Positions 8,476 through 17,941 of a DNA stretch of 64,000 nt are shown piece by piece. This stretch comes from Candidatus Uhrbacteria bacterium (GTDB taxonomy: Bacteria; Patescibacteriota; Patescibacteriia; UBA9934), in contig CALRCK010000002.1 of the NCBI GenBank assembly GCA_943354605.1, positions 135,186 to 199,185 on the forward strand. Reading direction: 5' to 3'. A model generated the notes under the pieces. The model was not told where the DNA came from, ran no database searches, and saw only the letters and a program-made list of their open reading frames with translations. A program made the position numbers and the translations under genes. The stretch's first letter is position 1; each line of letters starts with the position of its first letter.

Positions 8476-8901
8476 TTATTCCTCCCGTCGCTTTGCGTCG
8501 TCAATCGTGAGCTCAACGTCGCCATCCAGAAATGCTTGGAGAATAATCTGCGCCGCAATCGCGTCTTCCGGCATCTCACTTCCGTATTCCTGTTGCAACC
8601 GACGAGCTTCGGCTGATGTGAATTGTTCGTCAACGACGAATACCGGCATCGATGTCGCGGTCTGTACATCGCGAACAAATTGCTTCGTCAATTCTAGCTG
8701 CGCATCAGACTGATGTGCGTCTGGAATCGGCAAACCGATGACAAGTGCCTCGGCGCCCTCGTCTCGAGCGCGGTTCATGATGGTCGAGATCGCCTTCACT
8801 CCCCCGTCGATATTGCCCATCGGAAACGCCAACCCCGTCTCGTCGTCGCCCGACGCAAGACCGATTTTCTTGAGGCCGAAGTCAATTCCTAAATATTTCA
8901 T
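8476..8901 (-). CDS. ruvX: Holliday junction resolvase-like YqgF/RuvX
   Basis: N-terminal YLGIDFGLKKIGLA motif. Start trimmed to MKYLGIDFG. Confidence 0.8.
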   Translation of the reverse strand: MKYLGIDFGLKKIGLASGDDETGLAFPMGNIDGGVKAISTIMNRARDEGAEALVIGLPIPDAHQSDAQLELTKQFVRDVQTATSMPVFVVDEQFTSAEARRLQQEYGSEMPEDAIAAQIILQAFLDGDVELTIDDAKRREE

Positions 8902-8914
8902 ATTCACAGCTCCG

Positions 8915-8993
8915 TCTTTGCGAGCGTAGCGAAGCAATCTCGGTTCACCCGGATTGCCGCGTCGCGATTACGCTCCTCGCAATGACGGAGTAT
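8915..8993. mobile_element. MITE-like element, copy M3
   Basis: Left arm tttgcgagcgtagcgaagcaatctcgg, right arm cgctcctcgcaatgacgg. Lies between ruvX and the upstream hypothetical gene. Confidence 0.55.
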
Positions 8994-8994
8994 G

Positions 8995-9438
8995 TTATTT
9001 CGCTTCTGGTGACGAAGTGAAATCTGCACGAACCGAAACGCTATTCGATGTAACCGGCATATCTTGTGAGATCACGAGTTTTCCGTCGCCGTTGTCCACA
9101 TGCAGCAGTGCGACGTACGTCAGTCCATCCTCCATTGGTTCCGACGTCAAAATCGTTACCGTCGCATTCTCGCTCGCGGCAATCAATCCGGATGAACCGA
9201 TGATTGGCCCAGGAGCACTCCCAATCGATTTGTGAATCGTCACGAATCCTGGCTTGAGGAGCGTTGCCGTGATATCGGCTTCGCCATTGCCTGGCGCGGT
9301 CGCGGCAATCGAGCTCCCCGTGATTTCAACAGGCCCATAGCTCAACTCTGGCGCAGGCTTGGCGAGATACAAAAACAGACCGATCGCCGCGATGACGATG
9401 AGGAGAATCACGCCGCCAAAAATATCGTCTTTTTTCAT
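8995..9438 (-). CDS. hypothetical membrane-anchored protein
   Basis: One N-terminal transmembrane segment followed by a Gly/Ser/Thr-rich domain. No recognisable motifs. Confidence 0.4.
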   Translation of the reverse strand: MKKDDIFGGVILLIVIAAIGLFLYLAKPAPELSYGPVEITGSSIAATAPGNGEADITATLLKPGFVTIHKSIGSAPGPIIGSSGLIAASENATVTILTSEPMEDGLTYVALLHVDNGDGKLVISQDMPVTSNSVSVRADFTSSPEAK

Positions 9439-9461
9439 AAAAAATTCGAATCGACTTACAG

Positions 9462-9556
9462 ATTCAGTCATCCTGAACGAAGTGAAGGATCTCTCGTATG
9501 TGATCCGGAATTCCCTACGAAGATTCTTCGCTACGCTCAGAATGACTGAGTGAATA
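9462..9556. mobile_element. MITE-like element with about 32-bp imperfect terminal inverted repeats, copy M1
   Basis: Left arm ttcagtcatcctgaacgaagtgaaggatctc and right arm gaagattcttcgctacgctcagaatgactgag flank a 25-bp core. No ORF of its own. Confidence 0.6.
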
Positions 9557-10342
9557 TTACATTGTGACTCCTCGGACTTTCGGTACAGGCGTGAGAATCT
9601 CTGGTCCGCTTGGCAAAATCGCGACAGTCACTTCGAAATGCGCCGCGTCGCTGTTGTCGGCGGTCACAATCGTCCACTCGTCATCAGAAACCTCCACCTC
9701 GTGCGTTCCCGTGGTCACCATCGGTTCGATAGCAATACACATTCCGTCCACGAGCGGCGCTTTTGGAAAATGCTTTCCGCGGAAATTTGGAACATTTGGT
9801 GCCTCGTGCACCTGATGCCCAACGCCATGACCAACGAGTGATTCTACGATACCGTAGCCCTTCGGCACCGCGTCTTCAACGGCCCCAGCGATATCCATGA
9901 CGGTGTTTCCGATGACTGCAGCATCGACGCCAGCCATCATCGAATCGTATGTGATACGAAGCAACGTTGCACGCTCCTTGGTAATCGATCCAATTGGTAC
10001 CGTTACCGCCATGTCTGTACAAAGCCCCTTATACCAGCATCCAATGTCGAGGCCGACGATATCGCCCTCGTCGAGAACGATTTCGCGATTGCCCAAACCG
10101 TGAACCACCTCCTCGTTTCTGGAGATACACACGGTTGCCGGGAAAGGCCGACTCTTTGATCCGTATCCAAGAAACGACGGCGTGCCACCACCAGCCTCAA
10201 TAACGCCGCGAGCAATGTCGTCCAGCTGTTTCATCGTCACGCCCGGCTTTGCGGCGTCAACCGCAGCCTGTAACGCCCTTGAAAGCAGTGCGCCGCCTTC
10301 ACGCATCGCCTGAATTTCTTCTTTCGTCTTAATATTCGCCAT
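9557..10342 (-). CDS. map: methionine aminopeptidase type I
   Basis: MetAP fold with metal ligands D..D..H..E..E. Sits at the end of the r-protein cluster together with adk, as is typical. Confidence 0.9.
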   Translation of the reverse strand: MANIKTKEEIQAMREGGALLSRALQAAVDAAKPGVTMKQLDDIARGVIEAGGGTPSFLGYGSKSRPFPATVCISRNEEVVHGLGNREIVLDEGDIVGLDIGCWYKGLCTDMAVTVPIGSITKERATLLRITYDSMMAGVDAAVIGNTVMDIAGAVEDAVPKGYGIVESLVGHGVGHQVHEAPNVPNFRGKHFPKAPLVDGMCIAIEPMVTTGTHEVEVSDDEWTIVTADNSDAAHFEVTVAILPSGPEILTPVPKVRGVTM

Positions 10343-10361
10343 ATTTTTTTCTTTCTTCCCA

Positions 10362-10447
10362 ATCCGTCATTGCGAGGAGAATGTAATCATTCAACGCGGC
10401 AATCTTGGCTCACCTAGATTGCTTCGCTACGCTCGCAATGACTGAAG
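10362..10447. mobile_element. MITE-like element, copy M2 (degenerate)
   Basis: Ends gtcattgcgag...ctcgcaatgac. Right arm gattgcttcgctacgctcgcaatgactga. Lies between map and adk. Confidence 0.55.
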
Positions 10448-10452
10448 TCTCA

Positions 10453-11019
10453 TTAACACCCGCCCTGTAGTGTACAAATTCCGTAAATACGATCAGCAAC
10501 TTCCTCAACCGTGCCAACGCCGTCAACTTCGCGAACCAATCCTAGCGAACGGTAATTGTTAATCATTGGTTCCGTATCCTGATCATAAATCTCGAGACGA
10601 CGGCGAATCGCTTCTGGCGTGTCGTCCGTTCGATGCTCGGTGCGGGATCGGTGCGCAATACGCTCGATGGAGACTTCACGAGGAACTTCGATGACGATAA
10701 CCGCAGTTGGCTTGTCGTGTTCAGCATACGCCTCGTATTGATCCTGGTTCCGAGGGAAACCATCCAGAATGTATCCATCCGCACAATCTGGTTTATCAAG
10801 ACGAGCACGAAGCACTTCCGCGACAACTTTTCCTGGCACAAGCTCCCCCTTTGCCTGGATGGCACGGATACGCTCCGCGAGATCGTCTGTTCCGGCTGCA
10901 GCGTCACGAAGCAGTTGCCCCATGGAAAACTGCGGGATTCCAAGACGCGCCGCCAAAATCACCGCCTGTGTTCCCTTCCCGCATCCCTGTGGTCCGAGCA
11001 GAAAGATTCTATGAATCAT
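10453..11019 (-). CDS. adk: adenylate kinase
   Basis: P-loop LLGPQGCGKGTQA and GYILDGFPRN. Start trimmed to MIHRIFLLG. Confidence 0.9.
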   Translation of the reverse strand: MIHRIFLLGPQGCGKGTQAVILAARLGIPQFSMGQLLRDAAAGTDDLAERIRAIQAKGELVPGKVVAEVLRARLDKPDCADGYILDGFPRNQDQYEAYAEHDKPTAVIVIEVPREVSIERIAHRSRTEHRTDDTPEAIRRRLEIYDQDTEPMINNYRSLGLVREVDGVGTVEEVADRIYGICTLQGGC

Positions 11020-11073
11020 AGGACTAATACAGGGGAAAGCGTACAGGATTTCACCCAAGCTCGCAACGACATT

Positions 11074-11108
11074 TCAACCCTTAGCGTTGACCGACCCTTA
11101 GGGTTGAA
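11074..11108. repeat. REP-like paired palindrome, copy 2 (opposite orientation)
   Basis: tcaacccttagcgttgaccgacccttagggttgaa. Between secY and adk, followed by a terminator hairpin. Confidence 0.8.
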
Positions 11109-11112
11109 AAAA

Positions 11113-11142
11113 GAAAAACACCGAATTCCCTCGGTGTTTTTC
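11113..11142. terminator. terminator hairpin after secY
   Basis: aacaccga-attccc-tcggtgtt followed by ttttc. Confidence 0.55.
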
Positions 11143-11169
11143 AAAAATGATTCTCGACCCTCAGCTTTC

Positions 11170-12426
11170 TTACACGTCGTACGCTCTCATGGTTAATTGA
11201 GATTGGACCTGCTTGACGATGTCGATCACCACGGAGACAACGATGATCATGGACGATCCGCCGACCGCGAGGTTCTGGTTGCCAGTGAAGCCCTGAACAA
11301 CGTTTGGAAGAATGGCGATCGTTGCAAGGAAGAATGCGCCGGAGAGCAACAAGCGGTTCATCACCCACTGCAAATACTTCGTGGTCTGTTCACCGGGGCG
11401 AACGCCTGGAATAAATCCACCCTGCTTCTGCAAGTTCTCCGAAATCTGTTCTGGACGGAACACAATCGAAGCGTAGAAGAAGGTAAAGGCGAACACGAGG
11501 ACGAAGTAAAGCACTGCGTGAACGGTGTTATTTTGGAACGTCACCACCATCCATTGTGCAATGTCGCGGATCACCTGCGTGCGAGCCTGGGTGAAGAACT
11601 GCGCCAACAATGGAGGAAGGACGACAATGGAAAGCGCGAAGAGAATTGGAATCATTCCACCAATGTTCAAACGAAGCGGCAATGACGACTGCACCTTGCC
11701 CGACATCTGTCCGCCGCCTCGAGCGTACTGAACCACAATGTTTCGCTGACCCTCGGTCACGATAACCACACCAACGATCGTAATCACCGCGAGTGCAACA
11801 AAGAGCGCAATGCTCAGCATGTCACCAGAGTTGTATGTTGCGGCAGCCTGTGCAATAGCGCCAGGAAGGCCGGCCATAATACCTGCAAAGATGAGGAGCG
11901 AAATACCATTTCCCATTTTACGTTCCGTCGCCAATTCACCAAGCCACATGAGGAAAATGGTTCCTGCAGCCATGGAAATCAACGCGAAAATCAATTGCAA
12001 TCCGGTCAAATGAATACCAAGCTGTTGCTGAGTTTCAATCAAGCGCAACACACCGTATCCCTGCAAAAACGCGAGAGGAACCGTGGCGAAACGTGTGTAA
12101 CGATTGATGCGCTGGCGGCCCTGCTCTTCTTTCTGCATTTCTTCCAAACTTGGGAAGATCATTCCCAGCAACTGGAAGATAATTGACGACGTAATATACG
12201 GAGAGACGCCGAGTGCAACAACGGAGAAGTTCTTCAGCGTGCCTCCCGAAAACATGTTCAAGATGCCCAAAAACTGGTTTCCTTCCAAAATGGAAGACAA
12301 CCCCGACGCATCAATACCCGGAACCGGAATGTGCGCCGCCACGCGGAACACCACAACCACAAAGACGATGAACAGGAGCGCATTACGGAGTTCCGGAATG
12401 CGGAAGATGCGTTTCAGGGTTTCCAT
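11170..12426 (-). CDS. secY: preprotein translocase subunit SecY
   Basis: Ten transmembrane segments with typical SecY N-terminus. Follows rplO. Confidence 0.9.
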   Translation of the reverse strand: METLKRIFRIPELRNALLFIVFVVVVFRVAAHIPVPGIDASGLSSILEGNQFLGILNMFSGGTLKNFSVVALGVSPYITSSIIFQLLGMIFPSLEEMQKEEQGRQRINRYTRFATVPLAFLQGYGVLRLIETQQQLGIHLTGLQLIFALISMAAGTIFLMWLGELATERKMGNGISLLIFAGIMAGLPGAIAQAAATYNSGDMLSIALFVALAVITIVGVVIVTEGQRNIVVQYARGGGQMSGKVQSSLPLRLNIGGMIPILFALSIVVLPPLLAQFFTQARTQVIRDIAQWMVVTFQNNTVHAVLYFVLVFAFTFFYASIVFRPEQISENLQKQGGFIPGVRPGEQTTKYLQWVMNRLLLSGAFFLATIAILPNVVQGFTGNQNLAVGGSSMIIVVSVVIDIVKQVQSQLTMRAYDV

Positions 12427-12439
12427 ATTTGGGAAGAAA

Positions 12440-12877
12440 CTATGCGTTAACAGTACCGCCGGCCTTGGTGATCTTTTCCGCAGCTGATGCAGAAACGGTG
12501 CAGTTCTTTACGGTAACCGCGACAGTGATCTCTCCGTTTCCGAGAATCTTCACTGGAGCGGACTTGCTCAACACCAACCCCTTCTTTGCAAGAGTGACCG
12601 GTGTGACGTATTCGCCCGCAATGTACTTTGAGGCAATAGACTGAAGATTCACCGCCTGTACCTTTGCCGCAAGCGACGTGAATCCGCGCATCTTTGGCGT
12701 TGCGAGCATGAGGCTTCGCATACCAAGGCGCTTCAAGCCACCAACACCAGAACGAGCGCTCTGACCTTTTTGTCCGCGGCCAGCCGTGGTGCCACGCGAT
12801 CCCAAGCCGCGACCAACGCGACGCTTGTTCCGCTTTGCGCCAAGTGCTGGGCGAAGGGTTGAAAGAGAAATACTCAT
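12440..12877 (-). CDS. rplO: 50S ribosomal protein L15
   Basis: Gly/Arg-rich L15 sequence. Directly after rpsE with no rpmD between them. Confidence 0.9.
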   Translation of the reverse strand: MSISLSTLRPALGAKRNKRRVGRGLGSRGTTAGRGQKGQSARSGVGGLKRLGMRSLMLATPKMRGFTSLAAKVQAVNLQSIASKYIAGEYVTPVTLAKKGLVLSKSAPVKILGNGEITVAVTVKNCTVSASAAEKITKAGGTVNA

Positions 12878-12878
12878 A

Positions 12879-13514
12879 TTAGGCGGTAATCACTGGAGCA
12901 GCTTCTGGCTTGCGCAATGCGACAAGAGCCAAGAACGTTGCCTTTGCGTTGTTAATTTTGTTGCTTGAACCCATCAGCTTCGAAACAGCGTTTGGTACAC
13001 CAGCAAGTTCCAAGACCATACGCGCAGGACCGCCGCACTTGAGTCCAGTACCCTGTGGAGCTGGCTTCAAGAGCACGATTGCCGCAGCGAACTTCCGCTG
13101 AATTTCGTGTGGAATGGTTTCCTTCACCAATGGAACGGTCACCATATTCTTCTTTGCCTGACGGAATGCCTTTTCGACAGCCATCGCGACGTCGGCACCC
13201 TTTGCAACGCCGAATCCCACGCGGCCACGGCGATCACCGATGACCAAGCTTGCGCGGAAACGCATGCGCTTTCCACCTTTTGTCACACGAGTGACGCGAG
13301 CAAGTTCGAGAATTTTCTGCTCGAATTCGCGTGGCTCACGGTCGTCACGACGACCGCCACGTGCCCCACCCTTACCGCGAGCGTCTCCGCCGCGATTCCC
13401 GCCTTGGCCTGGACGACCACCACGACCTGCTGCTGCACCGCGATTGGCGCCGAATGCTGGTCGTGCAGCTCCGGTTGCTGCTCCTGGCACTGTTGTTTTT
13501 GGAGAGTCGGTCAT
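12879..13514 (-). CDS. rpsE: 30S ribosomal protein S5 with Gly/Arg-rich N-terminal extension
   Basis: S5 dsRBD and C-terminal domain, preceded by about 60 aa of G/R-rich low-complexity sequence. Confidence 0.9.
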   Translation of the reverse strand: MTDSPKTTVPGAATGAARPAFGANRGAAAGRGGRPGQGGNRGGDARGKGGARGGRRDDREPREFEQKILELARVTRVTKGGKRMRFRASLVIGDRRGRVGFGVAKGADVAMAVEKAFRQAKKNMVTVPLVKETIPHEIQRKFAAAIVLLKPAPQGTGLKCGGPARMVLELAGVPNAVSKLMGSSNKINNAKATFLALVALRKPEAAPVITA

Positions 13515-13517
13515 AGG

Positions 13518-13877
13518 TTAGAACTGAAGTCCGTTCGTGCGACATGCATCCGCAATCGCAGCGACACGACCGTGATAAAGATACGAACCGCGATCAAAGG
13601 TGACCGAAGTGATTCCGAGCGCCTTTGCTGCTGCCGCAAGAGCGACACCAACGTTTGCTGCTCGAACCAGAGGCTTGTCGGCCTTTGGCATCTTCACGTC
13701 CGACGCCGAGCACAACGTCTTTCCGATATCGTCGTTCACCAACTGGGCACTAATGTGCTTGCTGGAACGGAAGACGGTGAGACGAGGTCGCTCCGCAGTG
13801 CCATGAATTTTTGCGCGAGTCCGGAGAGCGCGGCGCGCTTTTCCGTGACGTTTCGCGAGGATATTCTTTCGCAACAT
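13518..13877 (-). CDS. rplR: 50S ribosomal protein L18
   Basis: L18 family by sequence and by position in the operon. Confidence 0.9.
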   Translation of the reverse strand: MLRKNILAKRHGKARRALRTRAKIHGTAERPRLTVFRSSKHISAQLVNDDIGKTLCSASDVKMPKADKPLVRAANVGVALAAAAKALGITSVTFDRGSYLYHGRVAAIADACRTNGLQF

Positions 13878-13886
13878 AGAGAGGGA

Positions 13887-14438
13887 TTATTCGCTCTTCG
13901 ACGCCTTACCAGCCTTACGACGAATAATTTCGTCGGTATAGCGGAAACCCTTGCCCTTGTATGGCTCAGGCTTTTTCTGTGAACGGATCTCTGCGGCGAT
14001 CTTTCCCACAAGCGCAGCATCTGCTCCGCTGATGGTCAGAACGTTCGCGTCAATCTTTGCGGTGATTCCTGCTGGCAACACGAATTTTACATCGTGAGAG
14101 AAGCCAAGAGAAAGCACAAGTGTCGTTCCCTGCACGTTCATTTTGAATCCGACACCGTTCAATTCCAGGGCTTTGACGTATCCTTCGGATACTCCCTTCA
14201 CCATCTGCGCAATGAGTGCGCGCATGGTTCCCCAAATTGCACGATCGTCGCGATCTGGATCGACGACGGTAACGTTAATCTGCGAAACACCTTCTTCGGT
14301 GGAAAGCGTTGCGGCGGCATGTGGGTGAAGCACGAGCGAAAGCTCGCCCTTTGGTCCTTTTGCGGAGACGGTGTTTCCTGCGATGGTCGCAGTCACACCG
14401 GCTGGCAAGAAGACTGGTTTTTTTCCAATGCGAGACAT
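13887..14438 (-). CDS. rplF: 50S ribosomal protein L6
   Basis: Starts MSRIGKKPV. Two repeated L6 domains. Confidence 0.9.
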   Translation of the reverse strand: MSRIGKKPVFLPAGVTATIAGNTVSAKGPKGELSLVLHPHAAATLSTEEGVSQINVTVVDPDRDDRAIWGTMRALIAQMVKGVSEGYVKALELNGVGFKMNVQGTTLVLSLGFSHDVKFVLPAGITAKIDANVLTISGADAALVGKIAAEIRSQKKPEPYKGKGFRYTDEIIRRKAGKASKSE

Positions 14439-14439
14439 A

Positions 14440-14835
14440 TTAGTAGATTTCGCAGATAAGTTCACCGCCCAAGCGACGCTTGTGCGCTTCTTTGTTCGTC
14501 ATCAATCCGTTTGGTGTCGAGAGAATCGAGCAACCCTGTCCGGATCGGACGCTACGCAAGTTGTCTGCCTTCACGTACACGCGAAGACTCGGCTTGCTCT
14601 TTCGAACGATAGATGCAATTGCTGGCTCGCCGCTCTCGCGATACGCAAGGCGAACACGCAGCATTGGTTTTGCACCATCCTGGAACGTTTCAACAGCTAC
14701 AAGATATCCCTCCTTTTCGAGGATCTTCGCCATTGCGAACTTCATTTTAGACATCGGCATCTCAACGGTCACCGCACGCGTCATGGATGCGTTACGGATT
14801 CGGGTGAGCATGTCGGAAATTGGATCGGTCATCAT
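14440..14835 (-). CDS. rpsH: 30S ribosomal protein S8
   Basis: Starts MMTDPISDMLTRIRNA. Confidence 0.9.
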   Translation of the reverse strand: MMTDPISDMLTRIRNASMTRAVTVEMPMSKMKFAMAKILEKEGYLVAVETFQDGAKPMLRVRLAYRESGEPAIASIVRKSKPSLRVYVKADNLRSVRSGQGCSILSTPNGLMTNKEAHKRRLGGELICEIY

Positions 14836-14839
14836 AGGA

Positions 14840-15025
14840 TTACCAGCTTGCTTTTCGTACGCCCGGGATCTCACCTACGTTCGCAAGTTCACGGAAACAG
14901 ATACGGCACAGGCCAAAGGCTCGCATGAAGAAGCGCTTACGGCCGCAGCGCCAGCATCGATGGACGACGCGTGTGCTGAACTTTGGCGTCTTCGCCGACT
15001 TTGCGATTTGATTCGTCGTTGCCAT
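14840..15025 (-). CDS. rpsZ: 30S ribosomal protein S14 type Z (zinc-binding, 61 aa)
   Basis: Short S14 with a C-x2-C...C-x2-C zinc motif. Confidence 0.85.
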   Translation of the reverse strand: MATTNQIAKSAKTPKFSTRVVHRCWRCGRKRFFMRAFGLCRICFRELANVGEIPGVRKASW

Positions 15026-15028
15026 AGC

Positions 15029-15577
15029 TTATTTCTGTTGCTTGGAAGCGAACGGGAATCCGATCGCTTTGAGAAGGGCGATGCCTTCTTCGTGGTTCTT
15101 TGCAGTCGTAGTGATCGTCACCTGGAGTCCGTGGAGCGACTCCACTTCATCTGGATGAATTTCCGGGAACGCGATGTGTTCCGTAAATCCATAGTTGAAG
15201 TTGCCCTGGCTGTCGACGGCAGACTCAGGAATACCGCGGAAGTCACGGATACGCGCGAAGGCGATGTTCGTGAGCTTCGTGAGGAAGTCCCACATACGCT
15301 TGCCGCGAAGCGTCGCCATCACTCCAACCACCATACCCTCACGAACCTTGAATCCTGCAATGGACTTCTTCGCTTTCGTGCGGACAGGTTGCTGACCAGT
15401 GATGCGACGGAAGGTTTCAACCACTACGTCAGCGAACTTGGCATCCTTTCCTTTCCCGAGTCCAGCGTTGATCGTCACTTTCGTGATGACTGGTGTCTCG
15501 TGAACGTTCGTGTAGCCAAATTCCTTTCGGAGCGCCGGTCCAACGGTCGTCTTCATTTGTTCTTGGATATTCTGCAT
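15029..15577 (-). CDS. rplE: 50S ribosomal protein L5
   Basis: L5 family by sequence and operon position. Confidence 0.9.
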   Translation of the reverse strand: MQNIQEQMKTTVGPALRKEFGYTNVHETPVITKVTINAGLGKGKDAKFADVVVETFRRITGQQPVRTKAKKSIAGFKVREGMVVGVMATLRGKRMWDFLTKLTNIAFARIRDFRGIPESAVDSQGNFNYGFTEHIAFPEIHPDEVESLHGLQVTITTTAKNHEEGIALLKAIGFPFASKQQK

Positions 15578-15578
15578 A

Positions 15579-15902
15579 CTAATCGATTTGTGTCACGCCC
15601 TTCTTGGTTCGAAGAACGCGCACTTTTTGCTGCCGTCCATCTTTGGTGATGAACGAATAGCCCACACGACCTTTTTTTCCACCTTCACCGATCACCGCAA
15701 CTCGCGATGCTGGAAGTGGTGCGTTGAACGTGACGCGCTGACCAGCAGCAGTCTTTCCCTTCGCCTTGATGTGCTTCACCGCTTGGTTCACACCATCAAC
15801 GACGACGAGTTCACGTGCTGGGAACGTCTGAATGACCTTTCCCTCTTTTCCTTTATGTTTGCCCGCAATGACGCGGACATTGTCTCCGGTTTTGATTTTC
15901 AT
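15579..15902 (-). CDS. rplX: 50S ribosomal protein L24
   Basis: KOW motif (MKIKTGDNVRVIAGKHKGKEG). Start trimmed to that internal ATG. Confidence 0.85.
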   Translation of the reverse strand: MKIKTGDNVRVIAGKHKGKEGKVIQTFPARELVVVDGVNQAVKHIKAKGKTAAGQRVTFNAPLPASRVAVIGEGGKKGRVGYSFITKDGRQQKVRVLRTKKGVTQID

Positions 15903-15912
15903 AGGAGAGGAT

Positions 15913-16284
15913 TTAGAGGACTTCAGGAGCGAGAGACACAATCTTTGTGAACCCTTCTGCACGCAACTCGCGGGCAATTGGTCCAAAGATACGTGTTCCC
16001 TTCGGCTCTTTTGAAACGCGGTTAATGATGACGCCCGCATTTTCGTCGAAACGAATGTAGGAGCCGTCCTTTCGGCGAACTTCCTTTCGTGTACGGACGA
16101 TAACGGCGTGAACCACGTCGCTCTTTTTGACCATTGTGTGTGGAGCAGCCTGCTTCACAACGGCAGTCACGACGTCGCCCAAACGAGCGTACCGCTTTTT
16201 GTAGCCGCCGAGGACACGAATGACTTGGAGTTGTTTTGCGCCGGTGTTATCGGCGACACTCATCATGGATCGATGTTGCAACAT
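15913..16284 (-). CDS. rplN: 50S ribosomal protein L14
   Basis: L14 sequence (VADNTGAK...). Confidence 0.9.
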   Translation of the reverse strand: MLQHRSMMSVADNTGAKQLQVIRVLGGYKKRYARLGDVVTAVVKQAAPHTMVKKSDVVHAVIVRTRKEVRRKDGSYIRFDENAGVIINRVSKEPKGTRIFGPIARELRAEGFTKIVSLAPEVL

Positions 16285-16295
16285 ACAAAGTCAGG

Positions 16296-16592
16296 TTACG
16301 CTTTTGGCGTTGAAACAACGCGGAAACGCTTTCGTGCCGAAAGCGGACGCGTCTCTTCAATAGTCACCGTGTCACCCTCGTTTGCGGTCATCGCTTCATC
16401 GTGCGCCATGAACTTGGTGCTGACGATGTAGCGCTTTCCGTATTTTGGATGAACCTCTGTACGGTCAATCCGAACGACAACCGTTTTTGGCGTTTTGTGC
16501 GCCGAAACAACCACGCCAGTAAAACGGCGGTGCATTGTTGTTTTGGAAGCTGTTGGTTGTTCAGCTTTTGGTGATGGGGTTTTAGTTGCCAT
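16296..16592 (-). CDS. rpsQ: 30S ribosomal protein S17
   Basis: S17 OB fold with a short N-terminal extension. Confidence 0.85.
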   Translation of the reverse strand: MATKTPSPKAEQPTASKTTMHRRFTGVVVSAHKTPKTVVVRIDRTEVHPKYGKRYIVSTKFMAHDEAMTANEGDTVTIEETRPLSARKRFRVVSTPKA

Positions 16593-16595
16593 ACG

Positions 16596-16763
16596 TTAGA
16601 GGCTTGTGATCGCGGAGCGCTGTGTCTCCAAGCGAGCGATACGTTTCTTGGTCTCACGAACGGTGCGAACTGCGCGCAACTGACCAACGGAAAGTTTGAG
16701 TGTCATGTCACGGAGCTTGGCGCGTTCCTCAGCAATCATTGCCAAGAGCTCTTTTGCGTTCAT
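16596..16763 (-). CDS. rpmC: 50S ribosomal protein L29
   Basis: Starts MNAKELLAM...LRDMTLKL. Start is uncertain; the track ORF extends to 16811 and would overlap rplP. Confidence 0.7.
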   Translation of the reverse strand: MNAKELLAMIAEERAKLRDMTLKLSVGQLRAVRTVRETKKRIARLETQRSAITSL

Positions 16764-16794
16764 ACCCGCGAATTCGTTCTTTGGAGGCATATGC

Positions 16795-17208
16795 TTAGGT
16801 TCGAGTGACAATCTTCGTCTTTACTGGAAGTTTGTATGCTGCGAGACGGAATGCTTCTTGAGCAATTTCCGGAGTCACACCATCCATCTCGAACATCACG
16901 GTGCCGGCGCGAACTGGTGTCATGTAGTAATCGACACCACCCTTTCCCTTACCCATTGGCGCTTCAGCACCATGGTTGGTGACTGGGTGATCTGGGAAAA
17001 TGCGGATCCAGATTTTTCCACCACGTTTGATAGCACGGGTCATTGCACGACGCGCGGCCTCAATTTGTCGGGCAGTAACCCATGCCTCGGTGATGGCCTT
17101 GAGTCCGAATGAGCCAAAGGCCACATCCGTTTTTTGCGTCGCCAAGCGGTCGCCGGTTGTTCGGCGCTTGTGCCACTTGCGGTATTTCATTTTTTTCGGA
17201 AGCAACAT
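16795..17208 (-). CDS. rplP: 50S ribosomal protein L16
   Basis: L16 family by sequence and operon position. Confidence 0.9.
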   Translation of the reverse strand: MLLPKKMKYRKWHKRRTTGDRLATQKTDVAFGSFGLKAITEAWVTARQIEAARRAMTRAIKRGGKIWIRIFPDHPVTNHGAEAPMGKGKGGVDYYMTPVRAGTVMFEMDGVTPEIAQEAFRLAAYKLPVKTKIVTRT

Positions 17209-17224
17209 ACGAGGATATCAATTC

Positions 17225-17938
17225 CTATGACCGTGCGCCGCGGCTTGGCGCGGGACGATGCTCTGCGGACTCAGTTTGTGCCTGTGCCTCTACCGCTGCG
17301 CCGAACACGTCGCCGCGATAGATCCAAACCTTCACACCAATCACTCCGAAAATCGTGTTTGCGCGCACGCGAGCAAAGTCGATGTCGGCACGAAGGTTGT
17401 GCAAAGGAATGCTGCCGTTCGCAATCGTTTCCGTTCGTGCGATTTCCGAACCGTTCAAACGGCCAGAAAGCGTGAGTTTCACACCTCGCGCGCCGCCCTT
17501 CATGACGCGCTCGATTGCCATTTTCATGGATCGGCGGAATGGAAGACGTTGCTCAATTTCACGAGCGATCTGGTCGCCAATGATCTGCGCAGACATTGTT
17601 GGACGAGAAACTTCTTCGACGTTGATATTCAACGTCACGCGCTGTCCGCGGTAGAACTCCTTCGAAAGCTTCTTCTTCAACTCCTCGATTCCTGCACCAG
17701 CGCGGCCGATGATGACACCAGGCTTTGCGGCACGAATCGTGATCGTAACGCGCTTTGGTGTGCGATCGATACCGATCGAGTCCAAACCGACGTCACGAAG
17801 CGCTTTGCGCAAGTATTCACGGATGTTCACGTCCTCTTTCAACGAAGACACGAACTGCTTTCCACGAGCGAACCACTTCGAGTCCCACGTGTAAATCGTG
17901 GAAAGACGGAAGACTTTTGGATTGACTTTATGACCCAT
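17225..17938 (-). CDS. rpsC: 30S ribosomal protein S3
   Basis: KH and S3 C-terminal domains. Confidence 0.9.
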   Translation of the reverse strand: MGHKVNPKVFRLSTIYTWDSKWFARGKQFVSSLKEDVNIREYLRKALRDVGLDSIGIDRTPKRVTITIRAAKPGVIIGRAGAGIEELKKKLSKEFYRGQRVTLNINVEEVSRPTMSAQIIGDQIAREIEQRLPFRRSMKMAIERVMKGGARGVKLTLSGRLNGSEIARTETIANGSIPLHNLRADIDFARVRANTIFGVIGVKVWIYRGDVFGAAVEAQAQTESAEHRPAPSRGARS

Positions 17939-17941
17939 AGG

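Noticed and set aside
9232-9553. Plus-strand ORFs 9232-9549 and 9359-9553 (105 and 64 aa).
   Set aside because: They are read-through translations of the MITE-like inverted-repeat element and the 3' end of the neighbouring gene. They have no coding periodicity or start context, and the peptides ending ...RFFATLRMTE are typical repeat-derived artefacts.
10343-10452. Promoter or riboswitch between map and adk.
   Set aside because: The spacer is fully accounted for by the degenerate MITE-like copy M2.
13107-13982. Plus-strand ORF of 291 aa antisense to rpsE and rplR. There are similar long antisense ORFs opposite tuf (22076-23086), fusA (26452-27552, 27661-28560), leuS (36369-37007), infB (49097-49825) and others.
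   Set aside because: They lie opposite strongly supported conserved genes and have Cys/His/Arg-rich junk composition. These are shadow ORFs.
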